Shown here: one piece after another, positions 40,537 through 53,596 of the stretch
Layout: every line of letters begins with the position of its first letter
Numbering within the stretch: position 1 is the first letter of the stretch
Assembly: GCF_006345805.1 (NCBI RefSeq)
Contig: NC_042997.1
Location: 210,304,001 to 210,368,000, forward strand
Direction: 5' to 3'
DNA from: Octopus sinensis
Lineage: Eukaryota
DNA length: 64,000 bases
Notes under the pieces: generated by a model
The model's database searches: none
What the model saw: the letters and a program-made list of their open reading frames with translations, nothing else
What the model was told of the DNA's origin: nothing
Position numbers and translations under genes: made by a program

Positions 40537-40600
40537 TTCTTCTTCTTCTTCTTCTCTTCTTCTTCTTCTTCTTCTTCTTCTTCTTCTTCTTCTTCTTCTT
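39830..40600. repeat. (GA)n, (CAT)n and (TCT)n compound tract
   Basis: Directly visible. Confidence 0.9.
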
Positions 40601-42143
40601 CTATGAGTTGGATGGTTTTACAGGAACTGGCTAGGCAGGAATTGTTGTCCGTTCTGGCATGGTTTCTGTGGCCGGATGCCTTTTCCATTGTCAACCATTT
40701 TACAAGGTGTGCTGTATGCATTTTGAATGGCACCCCAGCATTGACAGGGTCACCAAGCTACTTGCAAGACAAAAAAAAAAAAATGGTTGTTTCAGATTCC
40801 AGCTTAATATCAATAAAGCTAATTTACTATATATATGCTTCATCATTTTCAAAATTCCTCAAAGCAAACAGTATAGGCACAGGAGTGGCTGTGTGGTAAG
40901 TAGCTTGCTTACCATCCACATGGTTCTGGGTTCAGTCCCACTGCGTGGCATCTTGGGCAAGTGTCTTCTACTATAGCCCCAGGCCGATCAATGCCTTGTG
41001 AGTGGATTTGGTAGACGGAAACTGAAAGAAGCCCGTCGTATATATGTATATATATATATGTGTTGTGTATGTTTGTGTGTCTGTGTTTGTCCTCTTAGCA
41101 TTGCTTGACAACCAATGCTGGTGTGTTTACGTCACCGTCACTTAGCGGTTCGGCAAAAGAGGCAGATAGAATAAGTACTGAGCTTACAAAAGGATAAGTC
41201 CTGGGGTCGATTTGCTCGACTAAAGGCCGCAGTCAAATGACTGAAACAAGTAAAAGAGTAAAAGAGTATATTTCAAGAAAAAATTAATAAAAAAATGTAA
41301 AAAATACAAGATGCTGCCAGGCCTGGGAACTGAACACATGGTCTTAAGGCCATGAGCCAAACACTGTAACCACTAGGCCACTCATATGTTAGAAGTACGC
41401 CTGTACATCTCAACACTGGATATGCATAATTTGATATTGACTTTACTCTCAGCTGATTTATTATCACACTTTAGTCATTGGTTCTCCATTGATTCTCCGT
41501 TGGCGCTTGGTGTAGAATGTATGGATATGTTGGACCAGTTTGGGAAATTGATGTGCAAGAAGATGACTATACGACATGCGCATGCAAAGGTCAGGCCTTT
41601 CAATAAAAGGGGATCCATATCAGCCTCTCTGATGAGCACTGTCATAAGTTCTAACCTAATTCATGTGCGAAACTGAGTGATACGAGATGGTATCAAAAAG
41701 TGTCCGGACTAGTTCTGTAGCGAGCCAACAGATGGCAGCTCATGTTTGCATGCCCAGTGAGAGTCAGCAGTGACCTTCATGAGGTCATGTGTCCAGTGAC
41801 ATTGCTGTGTTTACTGTGCAAGTTGTGGAATTTGCGTTTTTGGGAACACGTGTGTCTGCTGTAGTCTGTGATTTTTGTCATGAACAGGAACATGGAGCCT
41901 ACGTGAAATTTTGTGTTAAACCTGTGAAGTCTTATTAAATCTCAGAGCGAGATGTAAACAGTAACCGCTCGACAATGTAAAGTATAAAAGCCATCTCAAT
42001 ATGGCTAACCACAAATTGGGGGTGTTACTGTAGCTTTTTAGCCCCAGGAGATCATCGTCTCCAGCTGGCTTTAGACACACTTTCTGTGGCCTTGAAGTAT
42101 TTGCAAAGGGAGGCCATCCCTTCCTCGCAAGCCTGAGTGATAC

Positions 42144-42184
42144 GCATGGACTGGTTTCGAGATTATTGTCTCTTATCAACGGGC
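42144..42184 (-). ncRNA. Minimal hammerhead motif, U3-A8 core variant (left arm)
   Basis: GCCCG UUGAUAA GAGA-CAAUAA-UCUC GAAAC CA GUC CAUGC. Confidence 0.5.
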
Positions 42185-42425
42185 GGTAACCACCAGGTCA
42201 CAATGAAAGACAAGGCCTGCTTTGCAAATATATAAGAGTTTTTCTAGTGACGTCTGCCACTGATTTTGAAAAACTGATTGTAAGCATTATTAAATTTCAG
42301 AGCGAGATGTAAACAGTAACTGCTCGACAATGTAAATATTTGCAAATTAGTGGCAGACGTCACTAGAAAAACTCTTATATATTTGCAAAGCAGGCCTTGT
42401 CTTTCATCGTGACCTAGTGGTTACT

Positions 42426-42466
42426 GCCCGTTGATAAGAGACAATAATCTCGAAACCGGTCCGTGC
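42426..42466 (+). ncRNA. Minimal hammerhead motif, U3-A8 core variant (right arm)
   Basis: GCCCG UUGAUAA GAGA-CAAUAA-UCUC GAAAC CG GUC CGUGC; palindromic helix III ACCGGU. Confidence 0.6.
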
Positions 42467-43892
42467 GTATCACTCAGGCTTACGAGGAAGGGATGGCCGC
42501 CCTTTGCAAATACTTCAAGGGCACAGAAAGTGTGTCTAAAGCCAGCTGGAGATGATGATCTCCTGGGACTAAAAAACTACAGTAACACCCCCACTTTGTG
42601 GTTAGCCATATTGAGATGGCTTTTATACTTTACCCTGTGAAGTCTGCTATAGAGATATTAAACATGCTTTGGAAAATTTATGGTGATGAGGCTGTTTTGA
42701 GTGTTTTGAGTGGCATGGGCACTTCAAAAGTGGAAGAATATACCTGAAAGACGATGAGCAATTTGAAATACCTGCCATGAGCATCACCCCTGAAAATGTG
42801 GTATTGTGCATCAAGAATTCATCCCCCAGGGCCAGAGTGTCAACCAAGAGTTCTACTGAGACATTTTGAAGCATTTGAGGAAGGAGGACATTCAGTGAAA
42901 GCAACTGAATCTTTGGAGTGCAAAGAATAGAATTTTTCAAGATGACACTGTACCCTGTTACTAAGTTCTCCTCATTCACGAGTTTCTCGCCAAAAACAAC
43001 ATGGCATTGCTTCAGTAGCAACCCTATTCGTCAGATCTAGCAACTGCCGGCTTCCATCACTTCTCCAAGATGAAAACTCAAAGGTTGCCGTTTCAACACC
43101 AGAGTGAACTGCAAAAGGTCCTCAACTTGGTTATAACAAACATCTTCCAGGTTGGATTCCGAAAACGGCAGGAATGCTGGGGCCGGTGTATTGCTGTGCA
43201 AAGTCACCGTTTTGAGCCAGATGCTGTTAAAACTTAGGTAGATGAGTTATTTTTTTTATTAAACATCATTAATCCAGGAACCTTTTGATTCCACCTTGTC
43301 AAATCAGCTGGAACAGATCCGTGACACTGCATAGTATAAATATACACCATTATCATTATCATTGTTTTAACGATGAGCAATTTGAAATACCTGCCATGAG
43401 CATCACCCCTGAAAATGTGGTATTGTGCATCAAGAATTCATCCCCCAGGATGTATGCCTGTATGGGTTAAAAACTAAAAGAGGCAGCACATATGCTAGGA
43501 CTTAACCTAAGCAGGCCTAGTGCAGATATAAGTAGCTCATGGGAACTGGTTTTAAGGAAGCATAGGAAAATATTAAATTTAAAAGCCCTAAAATTCACTC
43601 CATAATTGCTCACAGGTATATGGCGTAGTGGTTAAGAGTGCGTTCTTCTAACCCCAAGATTTCGAGTTTGATTTCAGGCAGTGACCTGAATAATAATAAT
43701 AATACCTATTTCTTTATTACCCACAAGGGGCTAAACACTGAGGGGACAAACAAGGACAGACAAACGGATTAAGTCAACTACATCGACCCCAGTGCGTAAC
43801 TGGTACTTAATTTGTTGTAAACACAAAGACCAGTTGTCAAGCAACGGTGGGGGCCAAACATGAACCCGAAGACACACACACACATGCATGCA

Positions 43893-43936
<44 letters not shown>

Positions 43937-44049
43937 ATATAAATTTAAAATGAGGGTGAGAAATTAGTTATTAATTTAATTAACATTGATTTCACACCAG
44001 TGGTCTAGCATATAAAAAAACTGAAGGTTCAGTAAAATTGTATTATGTA

Positions 44050-44192
44050 CATATTAGAGGGAAACCACTATGTGGACACCCTTATGCTAGAAATAGATCT
44101 GCTGTGGTCTTGAGAACATTTCTTAGTGGTAAGACCATAGCAGATCTATCTCTAGCATAAGGGTGTCCACATAGTGGTTTCCTTCTAATATG
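44050..44192. repeat. Fold-back: 62-bp inverted arms with a 19-nt loop
   Basis: Arms 44050-44111 and 44131-44192 differ at 3 positions, all transitions. Confidence 0.9.
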
Positions 44193-44384
44193 TGTATATA
44201 TATATATATATGTGTCGGTGGCACGTAAAAAGCACCCACTACACTCATGGAGTGGTTGGCGTTAGGAAGGGCATCCAGCCGTAGAAACATTGCCAGATCA
44301 AACTGGGCCTGGTGCAGCCTTCTGGCTTCCCAGACCCCAGTTGAACCATCCAACCCATGCTAGCATGGAAAGCGGACGCTAAAC

Positions 44385-44428
<44 letters not shown>

Positions 44429-44809
44429 CATGCTTCTTTCAGTTTCCGTCGACCAAATCCCCTTGCAAGGCTTTGGTCAGTCCAAGAACTGGGAAGCAAA
44501 CTTCTTACCACCCTGCCCCTCACTCTGCTTTTCAGATCTTGTCAAACCATCCACCATCCCCAGTTCTCAGTCCACTTCCCTACGTATGTACTCTACCTTG
44601 TAGCTTAGGTATATGGTCCTTGCTTCCCTGTTTCATTATCGCTATCTTTCTCTTCTCTCTCTCTCTCTCCACTTGAAATAGCCATGTTTCTCTATTTAAT
44701 GCAAGACACTTTTTCGGTCCCTCTATACTAAGCTGGTGCCATGCAAAACGCATTCAGTACACTCTGTAAAGTGATTGCCATTACCCGTGCTGGTGGCATA
44801 GAAAGAACA

Positions 44810-45120
44810 TCTTTTGAACGTTGGACCTCATGGAAGCAAGGTGGCTCAGTTCCTTTCGAGTGTCGGGCCTCAAGGAGGCAAAAGTGGCTGAGCCCTTTTG
44901 AGCGTTGGGCTTCATGGAGGAAAAGTGACCGAGTTCCTTTCAAGTGTTGGGCCTCATGGAGGCGAGGTGGCTGAGCCCTTTTGAGCGTTGGGCCTCACGG
45001 AGGAAAAGTGGCTGAGTTTTGGGTATCATGGAGGCAAAGTGACCGAGTTCCTTTTGAGTGTTGAGCCTCATGGAGGCAAGGTGGCTGAGTTCCTTTCGAG
45101 TGTTGGGCTTCACAGAGGCA
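44810..45120. repeat. ~42-bp minisatellite (~7 diverged units) in an RTE-related 3' region
   Basis: Unit approximately TGGAGGCAAGGTGGCTGAGTTCCTTTCGAGTGTTGGGCCTCA. Confidence 0.8.
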
Positions 45121-45805
45121 ATGAGGGAGACCTTTGGCATTATGTCGTGCTTGAGAAGAAGACCCATCAAGTGTCATGTAAATTGGTACCTGTGCCAGTG
45201 GCACATAAACACATTCCGGTGTGATGGAAACAGCACCCGTACCGGTGGCACATAAAAGCACCCATTACATTCTCAGAGTGGTTGGCATTAGGAAGGGCAT
45301 CCAGCTGTAGAAAACCATGCCAAATCAGACTGGAGTCTGACGCAGCCTTTCAGTCAAACCGTCCAACCCATGCCAGCGTGGACCAGGGACGTTAAATGAT
45401 GATGATGATACATACGAACATACATACATATCGTCAGTGTATCATATATCCGACAAGCATGTATGTATGTGTATATATCACCGTGACCGACCGGACTATC
45501 GTATTGTTTTAGCCATCAAGTGACACCACCCCGCCCCGCTGGCTAAGCGAGCAGGCCAACAGAAGAAAGAGTGAGAGAAAGTTGTGGCGAAAGAGTACAG
45601 CAGGGATGCCCCCCCCCTTGCCAGAGCCTCGTGGAGCTGTTAGGTGTTTTCGCTCAATAAACACTCACAACGAAGTGTGGGAATCGAAACCGCGATCCTA
45701 CGATCGCGAGTCCGCTGCTCTAACCACTGGGCCATTGCGCCTCCATATATGTAATTTTTTTTTCTAGTTTCAGCTCAGAGCTGCGGCCATGCTGATGCAC
45801 CGCCG

Positions 45806-45846
<41 letters not shown>

Positions 45847-45875
45847 TATATAATATATAGCGAGAGAGGTAAAGG

Positions 45876-45929
<54 letters not shown>

Positions 45930-46151
45930 GGAAGGAGGGAAGGAGAGAGAGAAGAATCGATTTATAGAAGTGCACTGGTACTTTAACGACCCCAAAAGCA
46001 GACAGGCAAAGTGAACCTCGCCAAGACTTCAGCTGCGAGCAACAAAGGACGCTCCAAATACCACAAGGTACTATTATTCCCAAGTCTCTCTAACAACCTA
46101 ACTCTTCTGTCAATTCGCTCCTGTCCTCCAAACTTTCCTCCCAAACCACAG

Positions 46152-46294
46152 AATGACCAAGTGAACTACATCGAGGGCAATGAACTCGTTGAACAAACTC
46201 CAAAACAGGCACCACACATACCAAAACCCGTGTATGTGGCGATGGCGGTGGCGGCGGCGGCGGCGGCGTGCTGTCTGCTCTGCTTCGGGTACAT
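46152..46294. other. Candidate exon in a CpG-rich non-repeat island (strand unresolved)
   Basis: Plus strand: CTAAC branch site, AG-free pyrimidine tract and CAG at 46149-46151. Minus strand: ATG at 46294 reading MYPKQSRQHAAAAAATAIATYTGF to a G|GTATGT donor at 46222/46221. Confidence 0.25.
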
Positions 46295-46759
46295 GATATT
46301 ACTGTTTCATATATTTAATATATATCTAGGTCTGTGCTCGATCAAGGCTGAGTTGTATGTCGGTGTGTAATGCATGCATGTGTGTGTGTGTGTGTGTGTG
46401 TGTGTAGGCACATAGCAACAACATTTCGTACCCACACACACACTCAAGCAAATGCGTACATGTACGGGTGTGTGTGTGTGTGTGTGTGTGTGTACACATA
46501 CACGCACGCACACACACACATTATCTGTTTGTTTCAGCCATTACACTGCGACCATGCTGGAGCAACTCCTCCAAGAATTCATTTATAGTCGAATAGAATA
46601 AATCGACTCCAGTACTTTTTTTTCATTTCAATTTGCTACTTATTCTATCGTATCGGTCTCGTTTGTCGAGGCGCTAACCTACGGGGACGTAAACACACTA
46701 ACACCGGCCGTCAAGCTGCAAACTCACGCACAAATATACCCGACGGGCACCTTTCAATT

Positions 46760-46819
46760 TCTTGCATTTGTTTTTATCATTTACATATATAAGATCGATT
46801 TCTTACACATATATTACAC

Positions 46820-46878
<59 letters not shown>

Positions 46879-46888
46879 TATAATATAC

Positions 46889-46926
<38 letters not shown>

Positions 46927-47558
46927 CACTATATATATACACACACACACACTACAGGTACATAGACGATGTGTTGTGAAGTACGTGATGCTATAACAAT
47001 GTGTTTAGTCAGAATCAATAAAGAAGAATTGAAGACAAGAGGGGGAGGTCGGGGTTGGAATGTCTGTTTAATAAGGGAAACTCCTAGTACAAAATGGCTA
47101 ATTTATTTCATTAGCGAAATATGTATAAAAATGGAGTAATTAGACGTACCACACTTATACACACATGCATATGTGTATGTGTGTGTGTATTTATATAGGA
47201 AAGCTTATTTGCAGCCACGTGGTTTCGGGTTCAATCTCACTGCACAGCACCTTGGACAAGTGTCTTCTATTATAGCCCTGGTCCGACCAATGCCCTGTGG
47301 TTGGTTTTAGTAGAAGGGGAGGGGGAAACTGCGAGAGAAAACTGTGTGTGAATGTGTTTGTGTTTGTCCCCCCCCATCCTCTACCACTGTTTGATAACCG
47401 CTGTTGGTTATTTTACGTCCTCGTAATCTAGCTGTTCGACAAGGGGGGGGGGCGTGCAAATAAAGTACGACACTTAAAAAGCGAAGTACCGAGGTGGATT
47501 TGTTCGGCTAAACACTTCATGGTGATACTCCAGCATGTGTCATGACGGAAACAAGAGC

Positions 47559-47591
<33 letters not shown>

Positions 47592-47737
47592 CATATATAC
47601 ATACATATATTCATCACCAAAGAAATACATACATATATATATATATATATACATGTAACACTCAAGCACATATATATATAAATGTATGTATATATGTGTG
47701 TATATTTGCACGCATAAATTTAATTTATATATATATA

Positions 47738-47768
<31 letters not shown>

Positions 47769-47783
47769 TATATATATATATAT

Positions 47784-47814
<31 letters not shown>

Positions 47815-48209
47815 GTAATGGTTGTGAAGTGGCTGTGTATAATATGCGTGAGAGTCGGAGAGAAAGAGGGCTGAAGTTGTGTTCAGAGCAAGGGAGAAGG
47901 CTTTAATGCAGTGTACCCCCAATAAATGGTAGCTACGGATCAAGTGCTAAGTGTTAAACCGGGTGTATACAACATTAAATCTACACACGTGCTGTAGGGG
48001 ACACGAGGAGACCATGTAAAGGGGAAAGATAGAGACATGAGCGGAGATATTGTTTTATATGGAAGATAATATTGTTAATTAGGGAAAATAATAATTATGG
48101 TTGTTGTTATTTTTTGGGTATATAATATTGGTATAGAACAATACTTGGATATATAGACACCGTGCATATATACACACAGACACAGAATCATTAATACATA
48201 GTTTTACAG

Positions 48210-48271
<62 letters not shown>

Positions 48272-48489
48272 GTATATATAGATACATATATGTGTGTGTG
48301 TGTGCGTGCATGTATGTATATGTATGCAAGTACGTATACATGTATGTATATATACACGTGAGTGACTGTCCGTTAATATAACGAGACAAACGATAGCATT
48401 AAATACAGGTTTCTATACACATACACATATATATATATGTGTGTATACTCACATACAGGTATTAAACAGTTTATATACACCTCTTTCCT

Positions 48490-48537
<48 letters not shown>

Positions 48538-50578
48538 CATACACACACATGCATGGCCATATAGCATTAAACAGTTTTCTCTGATTTATTCTTTTACAAG
48601 TTTCAACCGAAGGGCTGTGGCCATGCTGGAGCACCGCCATCTCTTAACTTCTGAAGAAAAATAACACACACACACACACACATGTATGTATACACTGTAA
48701 ACTGAAAGAGGACATAGTCACTATGCACACATACATATATTATTAGTGGTTTATACACCCACACAAGGCTAAAAATACATGTATACACACTCACATCATC
48801 TTCACATAGGCAGCCCACACACACACACACACACGCATAAACACATAGGATTGAGAACTAAATACATATATTTATACTAAGTATATATACTCCAGTCTCA
48901 GAAAATAGAACGGTAAACACCCTTATATGTGTGTATCTATCTTTCTGTCTATACACACACACACACACTATATATATATATATATATATAAATACATTCT
49001 TTTACACTCTACATACATATACATACTTTTACTGTAAACACATACACGCACACACATTATTCTCCATATATGTTGACACGCATACACACACATACATATA
49101 CTTGTCTGTATAGTCACATACATACTTTATATACACACTTATCTTATATTCACACACACACATTATATATATTTACTCATATATACTTATACACGTTTGT
49201 AGTCAAACACATGTACACAGCCAAACAGACATATATATAGTTTTTTTCCCCCACATACATACAGATATCATAACAGACACATACATTTCTTCCTCTACAT
49301 ACATACACAGACACTGAGGCAGATGTGTACACAGTTACATCCTTCCTTCCTGCACACATACATACACACAGTACCTCCCACTCTCTCTTTCTCTCTCTGT
49401 ATTTGTATCGCCCCTCTCTCTCTCCCTCTCACTGTATTTGTATCTCCCCCTCACTGTATTTGTATCTCCCCCTCTCTCTCTCAAGATGCGTACACATACG
49501 TACATAGAAATAGTACCTTTCTCTCACACGCAGACACACACACACATATAGACAGGCAGCCACACAGACATAGTACCTGCTTCTATACACACACGTAGTT
49601 TTTTCTCTCTCTCTGCACACAGCATCTATCTCTCTCCCCCTCTCTCTCTCTCCACTCACGCACACACAAAAATAGTAACTTCCTCTACACGCACACTCAT
49701 CACTACAGACGGGTACACACGCAAACACAGTCACCGTTACAGACACATACACAGACACAAACATACACATCCTTATAGACACATACGCACACAGAAATAG
49801 TACCTTCAACACACATATACAAAGCCGTCCTTAGACACACACACGCATATATATACACACATATACACACATACGTTACCTTCCTTCCTTTACAGTCATT
49901 CATAGACACAGGTCCTTCCTTCCTTCCTCGATATACATTCACACATTCTACAACACACACACACATATATATATATATACACATATCTATGTATATACAC
50001 GTCTCTATCTATTTACATATATCTATACATACAGGGAGAGGACATCAGTTATAAACAGACAATACTATCAGATACAAGACACACTGGTGTGTATATATAT
50101 ATAGCCATTATTATTAATATTACTATTTGATATTAATATATATAATATCCATATATTCCATATATCTATGTGATAATTATATCGCGGCGGCAGTGTAAGT
50201 ATCCACTGTTTTATAACTATTTTACTTGGCTCTTTTGGTTTGTTTACCTTCTCCATGAACGGCATACATACCTACCTATCCATCCTTCTATCTATCTATC
50301 TATCTATCTATCTGTCTATCTATCTATCTATCTCTCTGTATGTCTATCTATCTATCTATATATCTCTCTGTCTATCTTTCTATCTATCTCTCTGTCTGTC
50401 TATCTTTCTATCTGTCTCTCTCTCTGTCTGTCTATCTTTCTATCTATCTCTCTGTGTCTGTCTATCTTTCTATCTATCACTCTATCTGTCTGTCTATCTT
50501 TCTATCTATCTCTGTCTGTCTATCTTTCTATCTATCTCTCTGTCTGTCTATCTGTCTATATACCTATCTATCTATCTG

Positions 50579-50647
<69 letters not shown>

Positions 50648-50709
50648 GTATCTATCTATATACCTATCTATGTATCTATCTATATACCTATCTATGTATC
50701 TATTTATCC

Positions 50710-50767
<58 letters not shown>

Positions 50768-51525
50768 TTGTCTGTCTATCTATCTATTTGTCTGTCTATC
50801 TAACTGCCTGTCTATTTGTCTGTCTATCTATAGTTATATATACACGTGTGTATAGGTATATACACACGCACACACACATATATATATATATAGACATTTG
50901 TGTATATGGCTATAAACATAATTTGCACACGTACACATATACAAGGGTGCAGGCGTCTACATGTGTGCATATTCATACATGCAGACATAATTTCCACACA
51001 CACACACATAGACACACTCATCCACGTATACACATACTCACACACACATAGGTAGTAGTGTGTGTATATCTCAGTGTTATTAAGTACACGTTAATGCTAC
51101 CAACAAAAAGAACTCGGTGCCCGTTAACACTTAATTATACATACATTATATACATGTTTATATATATATACTCACACATATGTATGTATGCATATATATA
51201 TATACATATATGGGTACTAGTACCATATATATGTTTATATATGTATATATATATATATACATACATAAAACAGTTATTGGTGGTGATATGTGTGTGTGTG
51301 TGTATATCTATCTCTCTATCTATCTTTCTCTCTATATAAATGTATATTTCAAGATGCTCCCTGCATCTCAGAACCCATCAAGGCCTATTTTTGTCTATCT
51401 ATCATCTATTAAACATCAAATACTTTATTGTTTATTATCTTTTTCTCTCTCTCTCTCTCTCTCTCTCCATCTTTCACACACAAACTATGTCCATGTCTAT
51501 ATATATTCGCCTGTTACACACTGTC

Positions 51526-51556
<31 letters not shown>

Positions 51557-51626
51557 CCACATATATACACACACATGCATACACTATATGTAAATACGAG
51601 GCAATAGTACTAAACATCGACCTGTT

Positions 51627-51694
<68 letters not shown>

Positions 51695-52040
51695 TATGTA
51701 TATAGGCTTGTATATGTTCTTTGCTCTCTGTGCACACACGTGTGTGTGTGTGTGTGTATGTGGTACATCTATCTATCTATCTGTCTATAAACACGTGTGT
51801 GTATTATATATATATGTGTGTGTATATATATATATGTGTATATTATATATATATATATATGGTGTGTATACATAAGTGCATATCGTTTTTTTCTTTAATC
51901 CTGTTACACATTTATATATGTAAATGTGTGCATATATATATATACGTGTGTGTGTTGTATATATATGTGTGTATATATAAGTATATATATATGTATGCGC
52001 GCGCACGCACACTACTGCATGTACAATTTGCTTGTGTGTG
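46760..52040. repeat. Extended (TA)n/(CA)n/(TCTA)n low-complexity domain with SINE fragments
   Basis: Directly visible; (TCTA)n block at 50260-50830. Confidence 0.85.
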
Positions 52041-52380
52041 AACAAGGAAACCCCTACGTGGTCGCTGAGTCTGCTAGACACAACAACCGAATCGCTTTTT
52101 TGTTAAAAGAAAAGACCCCAATGGAGACTGTCGTGGTAGAGCTATTTCTATAAGGATGGATGGTCATGGCTGGATTGCTGGTTCCCACTGCTCCATCAGA
52201 GCTGACCACAACTATCTGGAAACTTGTCGTCTGGTCCTAAATTCACGACACACTTCTCGTGTCCATCTCTTTCTTTCCCACTTCACACATTTATTCTTCC
52301 ATTTTAAACCTTCTCTCTTTCTATCTATCTGGTTTTCTCCTCCTTTATCTCTGTCTTTCTCTTTCTACCTCTCTCAAAGT

Positions 52381-52990
52381 CTGTCTCTTTCACTCTATCT
52401 CTCCATTCTCATTCACACTGTCCCTTTCTTTCTCTGTCTATCTTTCACTTTTTCTCTCTCTCTCTCTATCTATCTGTTTTTCTCCTTTATCTCTGTCTTT
52501 CTGCCTTTCTCTTTCTCCCTCTCACAGTCTGTCTCTTTCACTCTATCTCTCCATTCTCATTCACATTGTCCCTTTCTTTCTCTGTCTATCTTTCACTTTG
52601 TCTCTCTTTCTCTCTTCTTTCTCTACCTTTCTCTCTCTCTCTCTCTATCTGTTTTTCTCCTTTATCTTTGTCTTTCTGCCTTTCTCTTTCTCCCTCACTC
52701 ACTGTCTGTCTGTTTCACTCTATCTCTCCATTCTCATTTACACTCTCCCTTTCTTTCTCTGTCTATCTTTCACTTTGTTTCTCTCTCTCTCTCTCTCATT
52801 CTTTCTCTGCCTTTCTCTCTATCTATCTGTTTTTCTCCTTTATCTCTGTCTTTCTGCCTTTCTCTTTCTCCCTCTCTCACAGTCTGTCTGTTTCACTCCA
52901 TCTCTCCATTCTCATTCACTCTGTCCCTTTCTTTCTCTGTCTATCTTTCACTTTGTCTCTCTCTCTCTCTCCCTCTCTCACTCTTTCTGT
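52381..52990. repeat. CT-rich higher-order repeat, ~4 units of ~150-180 bp
   Basis: CTGTCT.TTTCACTC.ATCTCTCCATTCTCATT recurs at ~52381, 52529, 52707 and 52884. Confidence 0.8.
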
Positions 52991-53596
52991 CTTTCACTTC
53001 CCATCACCAACCGACCGACCGACCAACCTTTCATTATGGTCGTCACTTGTTAAAACTTCTGTTGAAGCCAACAAGGAAGACTTTTTTTTACATGGTCGCT
53101 GAGTTCGCTAGAAATAGCAACTACATATCTCTCTCCCATCATAGTCGGCCTTAAATAAAAGAAGGACATATTAGCTAATGTAGTCCTAGGTGTATAGAAA
53201 GACGGGATGGTCACAGCTGAGGTGTGTCTTTGATGATGAACCTGATGGATCATGACCAACCCGTGGTTAAACAACAAGTTGTATTAATGTATGCGACACG
53301 GTTTCGATTTCCGATTGGAGATTGTTACCCTTCAATAAGTTGTTTAACCACAGGTCAGTCCTGATAGGACATTCCACATGTGACCATCCCTGTTCTTTTT
53401 TAAATCCAAAGTGTCTTTTGAGAGTAATTTAACTACTATGTCTAGCAAACAGAACTACTGGCTACGTTGGATGGTTTCACTTTACATGATGTCCCAGGGT
53501 TTCTCTCAGCCATCATGGCCACGTCCATACTGGAGCACCGTCTCCTAAACGGTGTAAGCTGTGGTAAATAGACTATAAATATCCATGAGATCTTGA

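Larger units (their letters stand above)
41933..42633. mobile_element. ORF-less Penelope-like insertion: partial tandem plus inverted pseudo-LTR
   Basis: ~290-bp inverted arms (41978-42265 and 42344-42632); 12-bp TSD CCTGTGAAGTCT (41921-41932 and 42634-42645) splitting the mariner ORF. Confidence 0.75.
41682..43300 (+). mobile_element. Internally deleted mariner element
   Basis: TIR TACGAGATGGTATCAAAAAGTGTCCGGACT against ATCCAGGAACCTTTTGATTCCACCTTGT; transposase remnants VKFCVK..KSA.E..ML..YGDEA..EWH..FKSGR and HQEFIPQGQSVNQEFY..EFLAKNN..PYSSDLA. Confidence 0.85.

Noticed and set aside
46160-46200. Resemblance of YIEGNELVE to beta-tubulin YTEGAELVD
   Set aside because: The flanking residues do not match tubulin; probably chance.
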